A stretch of 64,000 nt of DNA from an uncultured Roseivirgaceae bacterium. Its GTDB lineage: Bacteria > Bacteroidota > Bacteroidia > Cytophagales > Cyclobacteriaceae. The stretch covers positions 213 to 64,212 of the forward strand of contig CAYMST010000001.1 of assembly GCA_964393115.1 (NCBI GenBank). The letters are read 5' to 3'. The translations under genes were made by a program, and so were the position numbers. The notes below the pieces were generated by a model. That model saw nothing but the letters and a program-made list of their open reading frames with translations, did not search any database and was not told the origin of the DNA. Shown here piece after piece: positions 1 to 9,239 of the stretch. Each line of letters begins with the position of its first letter. Position 1 is the first letter of the stretch.

Positions 1-637
1 CGTCGGGGGTACCGTTCCTGCCAATAGGGTGAAAATCATGAAATCCAGTAAGCGCTTTTTCGGCTTCTTCCTTACCTCCAAAAACTCCATGATACACCGG
101 AGTGCTAACGACAGCAGGAGAAACAGCGTTTACACGAATGTCGTGATCTGCCAACTCCATGGCCAAGTGCTGTGTGAGTGAATGCAGTCCCGCTTTTTGC
201 ATGGAATAAGCAGAAGACGGCGTTGCTTTTACAGCTTGTTTGGCCCACATGGATCCAACATTTACAATAGAACCTCCACCTGTTTCCTTCATCCTTCTGG
301 CGACAGCTTGAGTAAGTAGGAAAAACCCCCGGTTGAGATCTAGATAAGCATCGTAATCTTCAACGGTGTGCTCCAAAAACGGTTTCGGCTGAAAAATACC
401 GGATGCATTCACTAAATAATCTACTTTATTCAACCTATTGATTTCATCAATTAGTTTGTCTATTTGATGAGAATCAGTAATATCTACTTGATGTTTTACC
501 AAACTATCAAGATCCGCGACCTTTTCAATACTGCGACCAATAATGTGCACCTCGGCCCCTTGTTCGAGTAATCTCTCGGCCGTTGCCCAACCAATACCAC
601 TAGTACCGCCAACGATAATTGCTACTTTTTTATTCAT
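1..637 (-). CDS. SDR-family short-chain dehydrogenase/reductase (C-terminal end runs off the window)
   Basis: Absent from the ORF track because it is open at the window edge. The reverse complement from the ATG at 637-635 reads MNKKVAIIVGGTSGIGWATAERLLEQGAEVHIIGRS (TGxxxGxG Rossmann motif). Further on it reads SAYSMQKAG (YxxxK catalytic motif) and RVNAVSP. There is no stop before position 1. Confidence 0.85.
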   Translation of the reverse strand, partial: MNKKVAIIVGGTSGIGWATAERLLEQGAEVHIIGRSIEKVADLDSLVKHQVDITDSHQIDKLIDEINRLNKVDYLVNASGIFQPKPFLEHTVEDYDAYLDLNRGFFLLTQAVARRMKETGGGSIVNVGSMWAKQAVKATPSSAYSMQKAGLHSLTQHLAMELADHDIRVNAVSPAVVSTPVYHGVFGGKEEAEKALTGFHDFHPIGRNGTPD

Positions 638-652
638 GATTTCAACATTAAA

Positions 653-670
653 AGACAGACAAGTCTGTCT
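653..670. promoter_or_regulatory. Perfect palindrome AGACAGAC-AA-GTCTGTCT between the TetR stop and the SDR start; candidate TetR operator
   Basis: 8-bp arms with a 2-nt spacer, read directly. It lies 16 nt upstream of the SDR ATG. A related palindrome lies upstream of the TetR gene at 1276-1301. Confidence 0.5.
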
Positions 671-687
671 ATTTGGTAAAAAATTTT

Positions 688-1251
688 TTATTTAATAATT
701 GCTAAACACATATTCCTAGATTCAGTAATTGGCCAGTCGCTTTGATGTAAATGACTCTCAGATACTGCACTCTCATAAGCAAGGTAGATGTATCTTGCTC
801 GAGATTTAACTTCTTTCTCGCTATCATAATCAAGATTATCCTTAACGAGCTCAATTATGAACTGAATAAACAGGTTCTTCTGTCGCTGTATTTCATTCCT
901 AATTTTCTCATCATGGATCGGTATCTCCGCCATAGTTTTGATACACCAACACCCGTTAAACTCATCCGTATTGTAAAACTCAAGCAGAAAATCAAAGATC
1001 GCCGAAACCTGCTCCCTACCTTGAGGCTTTGATTTACAGTACTTCTCAAGTTCGACTAAAAACACACTGTTTTTATGCTCGATGTATGCTACACAGATGT
1101 CTTCTTTGGCTTTGAAATGGTTGTATAACGTCGCCTTAGCTATTTCAGCAGTAGCGATGATCTCATTGACTCCAGTAGAATTGTATCCATTCTTATAGAA
1201 TAACTGAGATGCCGTTTCAACTATTTTCTTATGTACCTCTGAGTGCTTCAC
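688..1251 (-). CDS. TetR/AcrR-family transcriptional regulator
   Basis: The N-terminal sequence IVETASQLFYKNGYNSTGVNEIIATAEIAKATLYNHFKAKEDI is a classic TetR_N helix-turn-helix. The 187-aa size is typical of the family. Confidence 0.9.
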   Translation of the reverse strand: MKHSEVHKKIVETASQLFYKNGYNSTGVNEIIATAEIAKATLYNHFKAKEDICVAYIEHKNSVFLVELEKYCKSKPQGREQVSAIFDFLLEFYNTDEFNGCWCIKTMAEIPIHDEKIRNEIQRQKNLFIQFIIELVKDNLDYDSEKEVKSRARYIYLAYESAVSESHLHQSDWPITESRNMCLAIIK

Positions 1252-1275
1252 AATACAAGTATACGGATGCTTTTC

Positions 1276-1301
1276 AAAAACAGACAGACCTGTCTGTTTT
1301 T
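1276..1301. promoter_or_regulatory. Palindrome AAAAACAGACAG-AC-CTGTCTGTTTTT upstream of the TetR gene; candidate autoregulatory operator
   Basis: 12-bp arms with a 2-nt spacer. It contains the same AGACAGAC...TGTCTGT core as the 653-670 site and lies 25 nt upstream of the TetR start at 1251. Confidence 0.5.
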
Positions 1302-1340
1302 TATCTATTATATCGATTCAAATGTTGCCTAGGTTACAAT

Positions 1341-2030
1341 TTACTCTGCGAGTTTAATAATTACTTGATGCTTCGACTTCGATACTGTGTTAAACGCTAT
1401 AACACGAATGTCTAAAGGATTCAGGTTTCTAAGCAAGCTAACCTGATCATGTGATATGGTATCCCTTTCTAAAATCACGATTACATTAGATTGCCGCTTA
1501 GCATCACTCACTAAATTGATTACTTTCTCAATATCTTCTTTTCGAGATTTAATAAACTCTTCGTCGCTGTAATATTCTCGCTCCCACTCGTAGGTATCTT
1601 CTATGTTAACCTGATTCTGCCAATTCCTCGTCTCATCCCCAGTTCCAATACCGACACCTGCTATCACTATGGACCAAAATAGCAGGCCGCCAACTATACT
1701 ATACAGCCTCTGTTTATCGAGAAGGATATACCCTTTCTTCCTCAAATTCCAATCGCTAAAAATTGTTTTAAAGATAAACAGCCCCATGACAACCATGTCA
1801 AAATAGCTGTAGCTCTCTTTACTTCGGGCCTCCATCTTCTCTGCCTTCGCTATTTCATCGGCTTCAAGGACTTTTTGGATAATACTCTCTTGACGAGCCA
1901 AGGAAAAACCTCTCTCCAGCAGTTCGGCTTCAGCTTGTCGAACCGCTTCAGCGTTCCAGTTCTCTGGGGAAGAAATGATGATAATCAATTCTTCAGTTTC
2001 GCGGGATGAAATAGGTGGGTCAAATTCCAT
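1341..2030 (-). CDS. Hypothetical membrane protein
   Basis: 229-aa ORF with two hydrophobic segments (MVVMGLFIFKTIF and LYSIVGGLLFWSIVIAGVGIG). I recognise no family. Confidence 0.55.
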   Translation of the reverse strand: MEFDPPISSRETEELIIIISSPENWNAEAVRQAEAELLERGFSLARQESIIQKVLEADEIAKAEKMEARSKESYSYFDMVVMGLFIFKTIFSDWNLRKKGYILLDKQRLYSIVGGLLFWSIVIAGVGIGTGDETRNWQNQVNIEDTYEWEREYYSDEEFIKSRKEDIEKVINLVSDAKRQSNVIVILERDTISHDQVSLLRNLNPLDIRVIAFNTVSKSKHQVIIKLAE

Positions 2031-2078
2031 TTTTGATAGGTTTCATTGATTCTGAGCGACAATCAAGTAAATACTCAG

Positions 2079-2116
2079 AAACCTGAGAGGTTGTCACTTG
2101 ACAACCTCTCAGGTTT
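2079..2116 (-). terminator. Hairpin terminator downstream of the LRR protein gene
   Basis: Perfect 18-nt arms AAACCTGAGAGGTTGTCA / TGACAACCTCTCAGGTTT with a 2-nt centre, 21 nt past the stop at 2137. The T-tract is short. Confidence 0.55.
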
Positions 2117-2136
2117 ACAGGGCTTTTACAGAAATA

Positions 2137-4248
2137 TCATTTTATGTTCAGCCGGATAGTTTCCAAATTATTATCCGAAGTTACCTTTAAAATCACTACG
2201 CCGTTGGGGAGATTTTCTGTTGTGAAACGGTTCTTCCCTTTAGTCAGCGACTCGGATGATCTCAGTTCCCTGCCAGCCAAATCATATATTTCCAAACTCC
2301 CCGTTGCTTGATCTTTCATATCAAGCTCAAAGTAGTGCTTCGCCGGGTTAGGGTATAATTCGATTCTCGGATCTGTCTTTTGGCTGGTTTCATCAGTTCT
2401 TGAATCGATACGTAAACCACTTACATTACAGTCGACTGAAGCTGTAGTCCAAGTATCAGCACTCCAACAACCAAAAGCATTTAGGGCAGGATGACAAGTC
2501 ATTCCAATGCTAAGAAAAAAAGATGACTCAGCAACTTTAACACAGTTTAAGTCAGGGTTGTGATTGGAGTACAAATAATCCACCTCGGTAGAGCTTAGGT
2601 CTAAACTCGAGAGTTGATTAGATCGACACCATAACCTAACTAGGGATGTTTCACTATCTAAATCCAGTGATCCCAACCTGTTTTGGTTCATATGGAGTTC
2701 TGTGAGATTAGGGGCGTCTAAGTCCAAACTAGTTAATTGATTATTACTCAAATAAAGCTTCGCAATACTGGATGAGTATAATGTGAACTCTGACAACATG
2801 TTATAGTCAAGATCAACGACAATCAATTCTGATAATCCAGTCAAATCGATTGAGTTGATGTTGTTATTATCAGCGTAAAGGTTCTCCAAACCGATAAAAT
2901 CTTCTAAACCGGTCAAGTCAGTTACATTTTTGTTTTTGATATTAAGTGTTTTAATCACTTCGATTAATTCTGTCAAGACATAGTCATCTGGTTGACCTGT
3001 TGCAGGAACTATTCCTAAATCCTCAAGAGCAAGCTCGAAATTGTCATCAGGAATATAGGTTTTTCTGTTACAATCTATGACAAAGCTTGTATTCGAATCA
3101 GCCAACCAATCTCTTTGAGCGCTGAAAACATCCGATGGGTGTACCTGTACACAACTTAAATAAGGGTTGTTTCTCACGTCAACATTTCGATATTTATCAG
3201 AGACCGACAGATCAATTTCAGATATATTGGAGTTGCTCAAAAACACATCTGAGCTAATCTGTAGATTTATCGGGAAATCAATGCTAGTGACAGGATTTAC
3301 ACTAGAAGATCTAATACTGATATTGGTTAAACGATCATATATCGATAGATCTACAGAATCAATTGAAAGACCTTCTACTTCTAGGTATTCCAAGTTAATG
3401 GACGGTGGCATATTAATTGTGAGATCATCGCTACCTCTAACTCTTAATTTTTCTAATAAATGGTTTTGTTCCAATCCAATTATATTAGAAAGGCTGGAGC
3501 CGTAAATGTCTATTTCTGTAAGATGCTTATTGCTGCTAAGGTCTATTGTGGTGGCTGAAGTATTGTAAACTGTTAGATTGGATAAAAACTCTGCGTCTTC
3601 AATACCTGTAAATTCACCAATAGAGGATAAGGTCAAACTATAGACATTCTTCAAGTAGTCAGTTCTGACAAAGTCATTCATAACATTATCTGCGCCGATG
3701 TTGATAATAGTCTGCTCCAAGTTATCATCAGGTACATATGTAAATGCGTCTATTGAGAAACTCCAAGAAATATTTTGTGGTATCCAACGATTATAACTAC
3801 CTGACAATTGGTCAGATATACTCACTGTAATTGTTTCATTTGCCACGTAGATAGGTTCAAATGTATAAGTCCTACTGTCTTGTAACCAACTCCCAGTTAT
3901 CTCACCTGAAATTGAGCCTGTAATGGTAACCTCTGACTCGACATCAGCAATGTCCATTAGGTCATTGAATGTAATAACGATGGGCGTAGCGTAAGATTGA
4001 ACAATCTCTCCTTGCCCTGGTGCATAATCGATTTCCTTGATGCTAGCTTTAAACGAGTCGCCAGTACTCGCTTTGAAACTGAAGTTTCTGTTCTCAGCGG
4101 AGTTATCGATTAACTGAAGATCATAAAGCACTTCATATGAATCACCTTCATATTGATCCACACTTCCAGTCTGATGAACAACTTGAGCGTAAGAACTGCC
4201 TATTAAATGCCATAACACCCAATAAGCAATCAGTAAATATCTCTTCAT
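2137..4248 (-). CDS. Secreted leucine-rich-repeat protein with T9SS type A C-terminal sorting domain
   Basis: Signal peptide ends SSYA|Q. Many roughly 22-aa LxxLxLxxNxL repeats are present (LTELHMNQNRLGSLDL, LVRLWCRSNQLSSLDLS). The C-terminus IELYPNPAKHYFELD...GVVILKVTSDNNLETIRLNIK matches the Por secretion tail pattern. Confidence 0.8.
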   Translation of the reverse strand: MKRYLLIAYWVLWHLIGSSYAQVVHQTGSVDQYEGDSYEVLYDLQLIDNSAENRNFSFKASTGDSFKASIKEIDYAPGQGEIVQSYATPIVITFNDLMDIADVESEVTITGSISGEITGSWLQDSRTYTFEPIYVANETITVSISDQLSGSYNRWIPQNISWSFSIDAFTYVPDDNLEQTIINIGADNVMNDFVRTDYLKNVYSLTLSSIGEFTGIEDAEFLSNLTVYNTSATTIDLSSNKHLTEIDIYGSSLSNIIGLEQNHLLEKLRVRGSDDLTINMPPSINLEYLEVEGLSIDSVDLSIYDRLTNISIRSSSVNPVTSIDFPINLQISSDVFLSNSNISEIDLSVSDKYRNVDVRNNPYLSCVQVHPSDVFSAQRDWLADSNTSFVIDCNRKTYIPDDNFELALEDLGIVPATGQPDDYVLTELIEVIKTLNIKNKNVTDLTGLEDFIGLENLYADNNNINSIDLTGLSELIVVDLDYNMLSEFTLYSSSIAKLYLSNNQLTSLDLDAPNLTELHMNQNRLGSLDLDSETSLVRLWCRSNQLSSLDLSSTEVDYLYSNHNPDLNCVKVAESSFFLSIGMTCHPALNAFGCWSADTWTTASVDCNVSGLRIDSRTDETSQKTDPRIELYPNPAKHYFELDMKDQATGSLEIYDLAGRELRSSESLTKGKNRFTTENLPNGVVILKVTSDNNLETIRLNIK

Positions 4249-4267
4249 AAGACGTACTATTATTTAT

Positions 4268-6340
4268 TTACTGATTTTTCGTTAGGTCGCTTACTTGAGC
4301 TGATAGCTCCTCTATTTTTTTGTTTTGATCGATGAGATGAAGTGTTAGTTCTTCTATTTTTCTTAATAGTACTGCGTTCATCGTCCCTAGATCGATTCCA
4401 TTTTGATCGACATCTTTTGCGCTGGGAACATTCGGTAGGTGCTTATTTCTTTCTATGTACTTCTCTGTCTCCTTTAATGAGTGGAGATGATAAGTCTCTT
4501 CGAAGACGTAATCAGGCCATTCCTCTTCTATTTGAATATTGACTTCTTCGGCAATGATATTACCATTGACGGCTAAGTGGTAATTAGCTGGAATATCGTT
4601 TGTAGCAGTACTCAAATTGATTCCTACCTTACCCTCATAATTAATGCCTTCAGCGAGTTCCGGTTTCCAGAATGTTCCTTGGCTCAACTCATCGATAGCA
4701 TTTTGGGTATTGGTAGCATTAAGTCCAGATGTAGAGTTGTCATAATCTACCTGGGAAGCATCTTGAATCTCATTGGTGACATCACCATCTAACTCAGTAA
4801 ATGAAGTCAGATACCCATTGTTAGAGACAAACGCATCAACCTCACTTTCAGTAAGTTGCGTGTTAGTATCGTCAAGATATTGAGACAAATCAATAGATGT
4901 AGCAGATAAATTATTGGTAATGGAAAGAATGTTTCCAGAAAGCTGTAGATCTTGAATCTCATTAGTAATATCTCCATCTATCTCGGTAAAAGAGGTCAAA
5001 TACCCATTATTAGAGACAAACGCGTCCACTTCACTCTCTGAAAGTTGTGTATTAGTATCATCAAGATATTGAGACAAATCAATAGATGTAGCAGATAAAT
5101 TATTGGTAATGGAAAGAATGTTTCCAGAAAGCTGTAGATCTTGAATCTCATTAGTAATATCTCCATCTATCTCGGTAAAAGAGGTCAAATACCCATTATT
5201 AGAGACAAACGCGTCCACTTCACTCTCTGAAAGTTGTGTATTAGTATCATCAAGATATTGAGACAAATCAATAGATGTAGCAGATAAATTATTGGTAATG
5301 GAAAGAATGTTTCCAGAAAGCTGTAGATCTTGAATCTCATTAGTAATATCTCCATCTATCTCGGTAAAAGAGGTCAAATACCCATTATTAGAGACAAATG
5401 CATCCACTTCACTTTCTGAAAGTTGTGTATTAATACTTCCCAAGTTAACGCTGTTTCCTCCTGAGATAGTCAACAAATTACCTGACAAACTTAGAGATTG
5501 ATTGCCGCCCCCAAAAGAAGAAGCATCTCTATAAAAGAACTTACCGTTTGCATCCGCTACCAAAACTCTGGTAAGCGAACTATTCTCTATTAAACTTCTT
5601 ACTCTTAGAGCACCATTGACATCAAGCTTTTCGCTTGGTGAGGTAGTTCCAATTCCTAACATACCACCGATATAGTTGGTGCCATCTTGTAAGGACATGT
5701 AAATATTTCCTCCTTGTATTCTGGCATTTCCATTACTTTTCGAGGCGCGGTCGGCTACGAAGTGCCATGTCCCAAGAGCTCCATAGGCACTTGCGTCATC
5801 ATACCAGATATGATCAGTGTTAGCACCACTTCCATTCACTATTAGGGTGCGGTTGTTGAAATTAATATTTCCGTTTACTTGAAATTCACCGTGGATTTTA
5901 ACTTTATTACTAGAGAAATCTCCCCAAATCAGAGGCGAAGTAGTATTAGAGTTATCTATATAAAGTTGGTTATTACCCGTCAGCTGTGCACCCGCGTTAT
6001 AACCAATAAGCACATTGCCATAGCCGTTATTTACTAGCCCGGCGTTAGAACCGAGATATACATTTTTGCTTCCGTTGTTGTTAGATTTACCAGTTCCACT
6101 ACCGATAAATACATTGTTAGTACCTCTTTTTTGTACCTTTCCTGCGTGATATCCAATGGATGTATTATAATTCGCGCCAATGCTATGTATGTCCCCCGCT
6201 CCTTCTCCTACTGATACATTATACCTTCCGCCTCCACCGGCATTGACACCATAAGAGGTGTTCTGAGCATATGTGGGTAAAGAGACTATCAAAATTAAAA
6301 AGACAAATGCGCTTGATAAGATTTTTTTCATAATTAACAT
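4268..6340 (-). CDS. Secreted tail-fibre-like / YadA-head-like repeat protein with tandem 63-aa repeats and a coiled-coil C-terminal module
   Basis: Signal peptide ends PTYA|Q. The N-terminal region has Gly/Asn-rich NxxIGxxAG repeats (NTSIGYHAG, NVFIGSGTG, NVYLGSNAG, NVLIGYNAG). It is followed by 3 identical copies plus 1 divergent copy of NTQLSESEVDAFVSNNGYLTSFTEIDGDITNEIQDLQLSGNILSITNNLSATSIDLSQYLDDT. The C-terminal sequence WPDYVFEETYHLHSLKETEKYIERNKHLPNVPSA...LLRKIEELTLHLIDQNKKIEEL is a module I recall from Bacteroidota tail-fibre-domain proteins. Confidence 0.7.
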   Translation of the reverse strand: MLIMKKILSSAFVFLILIVSLPTYAQNTSYGVNAGGGGRYNVSVGEGAGDIHSIGANYNTSIGYHAGKVQKRGTNNVFIGSGTGKSNNNGSKNVYLGSNAGLVNNGYGNVLIGYNAGAQLTGNNQLYIDNSNTTSPLIWGDFSSNKVKIHGEFQVNGNINFNNRTLIVNGSGANTDHIWYDDASAYGALGTWHFVADRASKSNGNARIQGGNIYMSLQDGTNYIGGMLGIGTTSPSEKLDVNGALRVRSLIENSSLTRVLVADANGKFFYRDASSFGGGNQSLSLSGNLLTISGGNSVNLGSINTQLSESEVDAFVSNNGYLTSFTEIDGDITNEIQDLQLSGNILSITNNLSATSIDLSQYLDDTNTQLSESEVDAFVSNNGYLTSFTEIDGDITNEIQDLQLSGNILSITNNLSATSIDLSQYLDDTNTQLSESEVDAFVSNNGYLTSFTEIDGDITNEIQDLQLSGNILSITNNLSATSIDLSQYLDDTNTQLTESEVDAFVSNNGYLTSFTELDGDVTNEIQDASQVDYDNSTSGLNATNTQNAIDELSQGTFWKPELAEGINYEGKVGINLSTATNDIPANYHLAVNGNIIAEEVNIQIEEEWPDYVFEETYHLHSLKETEKYIERNKHLPNVPSAKDVDQNGIDLGTMNAVLLRKIEELTLHLIDQNKKIEELSAQVSDLTKNQ
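4795..5431 (-). repeat. Tandem 189-bp (63-codon) in-frame repeat, about 3.4 copies
   Basis: The string GAGACAAATCAATAGATG recurs at 4882, 5071 and 5260, an exact 189-bp period. By eye the two central copies are identical at the DNA level. The outer copies diverge at their edges. Confidence 0.95.
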
Positions 6341-6528
6341 AATAGTTTCGAAAATAGATTTAACATTCTTTCTGTAGTCACATGAACAGACCTCGGTCAG
6401 TTTTATGCGAAAGTGAATTACAGAGCTTAATATAAAAATAAGGTGATTTAATGTAGATGTGTAGAGCTAAGATAGTTAAAACACTATAAATGAACAGCTA
6501 ACGACTTGACTCAAAATATTCCGCGATC

Positions 6529-6723
6529 TTATCTTTGATCATCATCAAAGTCTACTGGAATAATCAATGTGCTTTCATACAGAACCCCATCATCTTGCCA
6601 AAAGCATACCGGACAGACCTGAAAAGTATTATTAGCTTCATCACACAAAGTGAAATACCCGCAACAAGGACATTTATAGTTTCCAAACTTGTTTCGATCC
6701 TTGCTCATATTTGTCATCATCAT
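6529..6723 (-). CDS. Small cysteine-rich CPCC-family protein
   Basis: YKCPCCGYFTL...FQVCPVCFWQDDG matches the CPCC-domain signature (CPCCGY...CPVCFWEDD). The protein is short, and the true start may be an internal Met. Confidence 0.6.
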   Translation of the reverse strand: MMMTNMSKDRNKFGNYKCPCCGYFTLCDEANNTFQVCPVCFWQDDGVLYESTLIIPVDFDDDQR

Positions 6724-6833
6724 AAATCATATACGAGCCCACATCTTCTGATGCCCGTTTTGTAATGATCACCCAAAGAACTCACTAAGCATTAAGGTCT
6801 TATTTCTAACAAACTTTTAATTTGTTAGAATCA

Positions 6834-8078
6834 TCAAAGTCCATCTGTTAGGACCACTTCCACCAGCGCTTCATCAAGGCTTGAAGAATACAGTTTAACG
6901 ACTTGTTCTTTTGGGATGCCTTGTTCTATCAAATACTGAGTAAGATAATGCTGTCTCGCCTTTGATAAGTCTGAAGTTCCACAGGTTAGTTCCACTGTAA
7001 GAGCACTGTTAGCCCTGTACTTTTCTAAAAGTTCACTAGTAGGTAAATAATGTCCAATAGATAGCTTCTCTTCTTGACCTACAAAAGAAAGCACGGTTTT
7101 ATAACCTATGGCCGCTGCTTTTAACGCTTTGACACTTACCGTATCGGCATGGTTAAGGACCATTTTACTCTGATAAATATCTGCAAACCCTGTATTTCGA
7201 TTACTCGAAAAGAACACACGCGAAGAGTCAGACACAAAAAAGTAAGCATCAAAACCACTGGAGTTTATAGTTGGGCCGAGATTAACCGGTTCGCTCCATT
7301 TCCGCCAGGAGTCATCCAATCGTTCTGAATAATAAATATCCGCGCTACCCAGACCACCTTGGCGATCACTTGCGAAAAATAAATACCTGCCATCTTTTGT
7401 CAAAAAAGGAGACATCTCAAACCCAAAGGAGTTTACGGTGTCTCCCAGGTGGATGAGTTTGGACCAATACGTATTGTTTTCCTGCTTTTCGGGAGTGTAA
7501 TACTTATTCTTACCGGTAAACTTAAATGCTGCATAGAGGTCTTCTTTTCCGATGGCTCCAGGCCCATTTAGTGAGACGATAATTACATTGGCCTCTCTAT
7601 TCACAGCCATATTGTAGTATTTATTGTAAGCTAAATTTGACAACGCTCTTACGTCCTGCTCCATGGGTTTACCAAAGCCCTTATCCTCATATACAGCGTA
7701 AGACAGCCCACTACGATTGGTGCCTGATTCCTGATCATAATTATTAAGTAAAAAGACACCATCATCTCCGAGCCCCACTATAGCATTATGGTAAGGCGTG
7801 TTTAATTGCTTCAGGTTCATGGCCCGAGTCCAATAACCAGGTTTTCTTTGAACAGAGTACCAGATGTCAAAACCAGCAAAACGACCCCCGACATTTCTTC
7901 GATGTACCGCCCTGGCAAAATATAGTTTCTTTGATTGCTCGTCATAAACAGGATAACCTTCTTCCGCCCTTGAATTCACATTTGAATTCAGCTTTATGGG
8001 GTCTTCAAAAGTGAAGGGCTGCGCAAAAGAGGAATGAATACACCAAGCAGAAAGTAATGCAAGTAAAAGGTATCTCAT
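6834..8078 (-). CDS. Secreted PD40 (TolB-like beta-propeller repeat) protein with degenerate OmpA-like C-terminus
   Basis: Signal peptide ends SSFA|Q. PD40-type repeats include SPFLTKDGRYLFFASDRQGGLGSADIYYS and RVFFSSNRNTGFADIYQS. It is the last gene of the type-B cargo / PorP / OmpA-like arrangement common in Bacteroidota. Confidence 0.55.
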   Translation of the reverse strand: MRYLLLALLSAWCIHSSFAQPFTFEDPIKLNSNVNSRAEEGYPVYDEQSKKLYFARAVHRRNVGGRFAGFDIWYSVQRKPGYWTRAMNLKQLNTPYHNAIVGLGDDGVFLLNNYDQESGTNRSGLSYAVYEDKGFGKPMEQDVRALSNLAYNKYYNMAVNREANVIIVSLNGPGAIGKEDLYAAFKFTGKNKYYTPEKQENNTYWSKLIHLGDTVNSFGFEMSPFLTKDGRYLFFASDRQGGLGSADIYYSERLDDSWRKWSEPVNLGPTINSSGFDAYFFVSDSSRVFFSSNRNTGFADIYQSKMVLNHADTVSVKALKAAAIGYKTVLSFVGQEEKLSIGHYLPTSELLEKYRANSALTVELTCGTSDLSKARQHYLTQYLIEQGIPKEQVVKLYSSSLDEALVEVVLTDGL

Positions 8079-8080
8079 AA

Positions 8081-9229
8081 TTAATAAAAGTAGGACTTAG
8101 GTGATGAACCAGGACTTAACAGAATGTTCAAACTAACTTGATGGAAGGACTTAAGGTTAGTGCTTGAGTTGCTCAACGGGTGATCATAGATATATCCAAC
8201 CATTAAGTAATCCGATAACTTGGCAAATACATTGCCTGCTAAATTTCGCGAGGTACTATAGTTCACTCCAAATCCCAAAAACTCTTTATACACCATACGG
8301 GATGTAAAATCCGTAACTGCTTCTCCTACAACCGTCCCACTCCTGCTAATCCCATTTAACCATTCCAGTTCACTTGATGGATTCGCCCTTACCAGTAGGC
8401 TTAAGGTATTTCGATTACTAATGATATCATCGAACAGCTCTTCAAATCGTTCGGATGAAGACAGACGGACGTTATTATTTCGTCCATAGGCAATCAATAC
8501 ACGCTCAGTGTACCAAGCAATGCCAAGGTTAATACCTGAATACCGCTCGTTAGCGCTACGATATTTTTCAATTACTGGATCATCTGCTACTTCAAACTGA
8601 AGTGCCTGAACATCAAAGCGTCCTTGCAATTGCGACACTCCTGCTCCAATGGATAATGTCGATTGCTTAGAAACAGGAATATGAAGTGCATAGTTAAGGG
8701 CTAAGCTTGTGAACCCTAGGGGACCAACGCTTTCTGACATAACAGTAGCTCCAAAACCATGATGAAACGACGTTTTAAAAGTTTTTTGTTTCAACTTCTT
8801 TCTTAGTAGTTCCTTACGCTTTCGATCTAGTTGGGCAACGGACTTTCGAATACTATCTTTCAATACCTTCTGGACCAGGTCAGGATTACTCATCCGCATC
8901 CCGTTATCAGGTACTTTTACCTCCGATGCTAACTGATCAATATCAAACGGACTCTTGTACTTTAATCTCTTCGGACCTCTTGACCTCTTCTTTACCACTA
9001 CCGGAATATTAATCGTAACAAAATTCGACTCAGGTCCTTGATCTTTGCCAAGAGCCTTCCGTTGCGTACCTATTTTAATGTCAGAGTAACTCTCCAATCC
9101 GGTTAACCCAGTATTGTAAAGCGTAGGTGTATTGAAAAAGTAACTTTTTGCCAACCCTTGGCCTACTGACAAATGACACCAAACTATACAAACACTAAAA
9201 ACTATAAATTTCAAGGTGAGCGTTTTCAT
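8081..9229 (-). CDS. PorP/SprF-family T9SS outer-membrane protein (divergent)
   Basis: It sits immediately downstream (10-nt gap) of a gene with a T9SS type B sorting domain, which is the canonical position. The N-terminal YFFNTPTLYNTGLTGL...IKIGTQRKALGKDQGPES resembles the PorP/SprF N-terminal pattern. The beta-rich C-terminus ends in an aromatic residue (SYFY). A Lys-rich insertion is atypical. Confidence 0.55.
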   Translation of the reverse strand: MKTLTLKFIVFSVCIVWCHLSVGQGLAKSYFFNTPTLYNTGLTGLESYSDIKIGTQRKALGKDQGPESNFVTINIPVVVKKRSRGPKRLKYKSPFDIDQLASEVKVPDNGMRMSNPDLVQKVLKDSIRKSVAQLDRKRKELLRKKLKQKTFKTSFHHGFGATVMSESVGPLGFTSLALNYALHIPVSKQSTLSIGAGVSQLQGRFDVQALQFEVADDPVIEKYRSANERYSGINLGIAWYTERVLIAYGRNNNVRLSSSERFEELFDDIISNRNTLSLLVRANPSSELEWLNGISRSGTVVGEAVTDFTSRMVYKEFLGFGVNYSTSRNLAGNVFAKLSDYLMVGYIYDHPLSNSSTNLKSFHQVSLNILLSPGSSPKSYFY

Positions 9230-9239
9230 GAAGCAAAAT

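Noticed and set aside
4795-5431. Regularly spaced direct repeats, considered as a possible CRISPR array.
   Set aside because: The 189-bp period has no unique spacers. The array is in-frame coding sequence of the 690-aa protein, and no cas genes are present in the window.
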